A DNA stretch of 32,000 nucleotides from Cylindrospermopsis raciborskii Cr2010. Its GTDB lineage: Bacteria; Cyanobacteriota; Cyanobacteriia; Cyanobacteriales; Nostocaceae. Where the stretch lies: assembly GCF_003367075.2 (NCBI RefSeq), contig NZ_CP065936.1:270001-302000 (forward strand), given 5' to 3'. This document shows, piece by piece, positions 30,090 to 32,000 of the stretch. The notes beneath the pieces are model-generated. The model saw only the letters and a program-made list of their open reading frames with translations, searched no databases and was not told the DNA's origin. The position numbers and the translations under genes are program-made. The first letter of the stretch is position 1; every line of letters begins with the position of its first letter.

Positions 30090-32000
30090 TTAGGCGATCG
30101 CATTGAGAGCTGTAAATACTGGAGATGGCAAAAGGTCTTGCAAACTATGTGGTTTTGTCCATGTGAAGGGTGCTCTTTTCGCAGCGGACATCCAGAGGAG
30201 TTTTTTTGCTCTGGTCATGGCTACATATAGTAATCTGTATTCCTCTGCTAGTTTTAAATCTTTAGCTTCTTCCCATGCTTGTTTAAGCTCAAAAAGACTT
30301 TTGTTTGAGTTGTGATTGACATTTTGCTGGAAATTATTCATGGTTTCTGTCCCTTGATGGAGTGCAGTGCGAATTTGGGCGCGAGCAACTTCTGCTAGGC
30401 TAAAATCACCTAAGAATTGACTTTGGGGTTTTACCCACAATTTGCCAGGAATTAGATTTTCATGCAAAAAGGGTAGGAACACATAGTCCCAGTCTAGACC
30501 TTTGGCTTTGTGCATGGTGATAATTGTTAACTGACCTTTTTTTATATATTTATCTTCATGGTTTTCTGTATCCACCGCTTCAAATTTTTCCGAATTGACT
30601 ATTTCCACTAATGCATGAATTAGGGAACTTCTCGATCTATCCCCGGTAATTTGGAGATTAACTTTTTCTGCTAATTTATCTGCTGTAGCTAACTCCCCTT
30701 GATCATAGTTTAGACTTGAGGCCAAAAAGTAAATTATCTGATATACTGGTATTTCCCATGCTCCTTGCAATAAGTTCCTACATTGTTGAGCAGCTTCCTT
30801 AACTACTTGTGTTTGCACCTTAGTGAACGGTGTAGGATATAAAAATTCCTCGGGTAAAATTGCCAAGCTATTAACGTCTTGAGCAGCTATTAATTGTCTT
30901 TGCATCAGCACGGTTAATGCAGTTTTTAAAAAATCCTGGGAATGGGGGCGATCGCAAAACTGCAATAAAGCTAAGATTTCTTTTGGTACTTGGGAACGTC
31001 TTTCTGTTTCTGCTACCTCATATAGTTCGATATGATGCTGGTTACATATTGGTTCTATATTTTCTGCTAACCATTTACCTTGGCGATTTTCTCTCACTAA
31101 TATAGCAGCAGTACCTACATTAGTTTTGAATAGTTCTACAATCTTTTGACCTATCAGTTCAACAGTGTGATGAATGTCATCAGGTGTATGTAGTTCCAAT
31201 CCTTTTCCTACAGGTGCAGGATTGGCATCGGTTTGCGGATCACCAATATTGACGACTTGAATTTTCTGATTTAGGAATGGTGGTTTTTTTGGTGAATGAT
31301 TTTGTAGATTCCTTTTGGACCATTGGTGATTTACCCATTCCAGAACAAAGTTAGCCGCATCAATAATAATTCTACTACTGCGTCCAGCTTGGTTCATAGT
31401 TGCCAGTCTTTGTTCCCCAGCACATTGTTCACAAAATTCCCGAAAATAAATGGGATCTGCAGGCGTAAAAGTGGAATTAATAGCTTGATTAGAATCACCA
31501 ACCCTGACCAAATTCAAGGTTGTTTTTCCTCCGTTGCTATCTTTTCTTTCTGCCAATATTTCTAATAGTTGAGTTTGTAGCTGACTAGAGTCTTGTGCTT
31601 CGTCTTCAAAAACTGCAAAAATCTTATTTTTTTCAATTCGTAACGCACTGGGATTTTTGAAAACTTCTAAAGCTGCCAAAATCATATCATCATAATCAAT
31701 CAAACCTTGGGACTTCATTAACTTTTCATACTCCTCATATAGTCCCGCTGCAATCCGCAAAATTTGATAGGAGTTTTGAGTTTTCTCACTCCATTGATAG
31801 AGAGTTTCCGGTACAATCCCAGAACTTTTAGCCTCATGAATTGTGGTATAAGCTAAATCTGGCAAAATCTCCGTTCTTAAAACCGATTGACGACGCAGTT
31901 TCTCCGTTTCTTCCCCATCAAATTGGTGTCCTTCTAATAAACGATAATACATGGTGGGATGCTTGCTAATCCACTGCTCTACAGCTATACTAATTAAACG
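30090..32000 (-). CDS. UvrD/PcrA-like superfamily 1 helicase, 5' end outside the window
   Basis: IFAVFEDEAQDSSQLQTQLL (Walker B), TIITMHKAKGLDWDYVFLPFLHENLIPG, LLYVAMTRAKKLLWMS. The frame stays open from 31952 to the window edge (RLISIAVEQWISKHPT-MYYRLLEG). The absent Walker A is therefore expected off-window. Confidence 0.88.
   Translation of the reverse strand, partial: RLISIAVEQWISKHPTMYYRLLEGHQFDGEETEKLRRQSVLRTEILPDLAYTTIHEAKSSGIVPETLYQWSEKTQNSYQILRIAAGLYEEYEKLMKSQGLIDYDDMILAALEVFKNPSALRIEKNKIFAVFEDEAQDSSQLQTQLLEILAERKDSNGGKTTLNLVRVGDSNQAINSTFTPADPIYFREFCEQCAGEQRLATMNQAGRSSRIIIDAANFVLEWVNHQWSKRNLQNHSPKKPPFLNQKIQVVNIGDPQTDANPAPVGKGLELHTPDDIHHTVELIGQKIVELFKTNVGTAAILVRENRQGKWLAENIEPICNQHHIELYEVAETERRSQVPKEILALLQFCDRPHSQDFLKTALTVLMQRQLIAAQDVNSLAILPEEFLYPTPFTKVQTQVVKEAAQQCRNLLQGAWEIPVYQIIYFLASSLNYDQGELATADKLAEKVNLQITGDRSRSSLIHALVEIVNSEKFEAVDTENHEDKYIKKGQLTIITMHKAKGLDWDYVFLPFLHENLIPGKLWVKPQSQFLGDFSLAEVARAQIRTALHQGTETMNNFQQNVNHNSNKSLFELKQAWEEAKDLKLAEEYRLLYVAMTRAKKLLWMSAAKRAPFTWTKPHSLQDLLPSPVFTALNAIA

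Noticed and set aside
633-30955. Repeated octamer GCGATCGC (about 16 copies, e.g. 633, 2179, 7443, 13201, 15313, 16163, 17717, 19008, 19438, 22543, 23812, 25876, 26889, 30094, 30948)
   Set aside because: This is the well-known cyanobacterial HIP1 element, useful for taxonomy but not novel.
30090-32000. UvrD-like protein lacking a Walker A motif as a possible degenerate or unusual helicase
   Set aside because: The frame is open through the right window edge, so the N-terminus with Walker A most likely lies outside the window.
1-32000. Search for tRNA, rRNA, tmRNA, Yfr1-like sRNA, transposase, toxin-antitoxin or phage-defence genes
   Set aside because: I saw no convincing T-loop/acceptor patterns, no Yfr1-like ACTCCTCACAC motif and no matching proteins. 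A reading by eye cannot exclude small or diverged elements; tRNAscan-SE, Infernal and DefenseFinder would settle it.

Overview
This 32 kb window looks like ordinary core chromosome from a filamentous cyanobacterium. Diagnostic genes are psbH/psbN, the RpaB-type regulator, a CCB-type complex C assembly protein and a SigG-like ECF sigma factor. The HIP1 octamer GCGATCGC occurs about 16 times by eye, roughly one per 2 kb. Gene content, left to right: CPBP protease (cut by the left edge); small conserved ORF; the rimP-nusA-ylxR-infB cluster (minus strand); membrane protein of unknown function; rfbB-rfbA-rfbC-rfbD; radA; rpaB; CCB-like protein; DUF697-type GTPase; lpxD; HI0933-type flavoprotein; pth; tatA; psbH/psbN; GH38 alpha-mannosidase; hypothetical protein; M23 peptidase; L,D-transpeptidase; a GC-richer membrane fatty-acid-desaturase-like gene; ECF sigma and putative anti-sigma; UvrD-like helicase (cut by the right edge). 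I found no CRISPR array, tRNA/rRNA, intact transposase or recognisable new multigene defence system. The most interesting signals are regulatory or structural: (1) a terminator-like hairpin plus U-tract ending about 13 nt before the probable rimP ATG, a candidate attenuator; (2) a 472-nt ylxR-infB gap with two inverted repeats; (3) a cluster of palindromes beside a compositionally distinct desaturase gene; (4) a putative anti-sigma factor that lacks the usual zinc-binding residues. All coordinates and repeats were read by eye.
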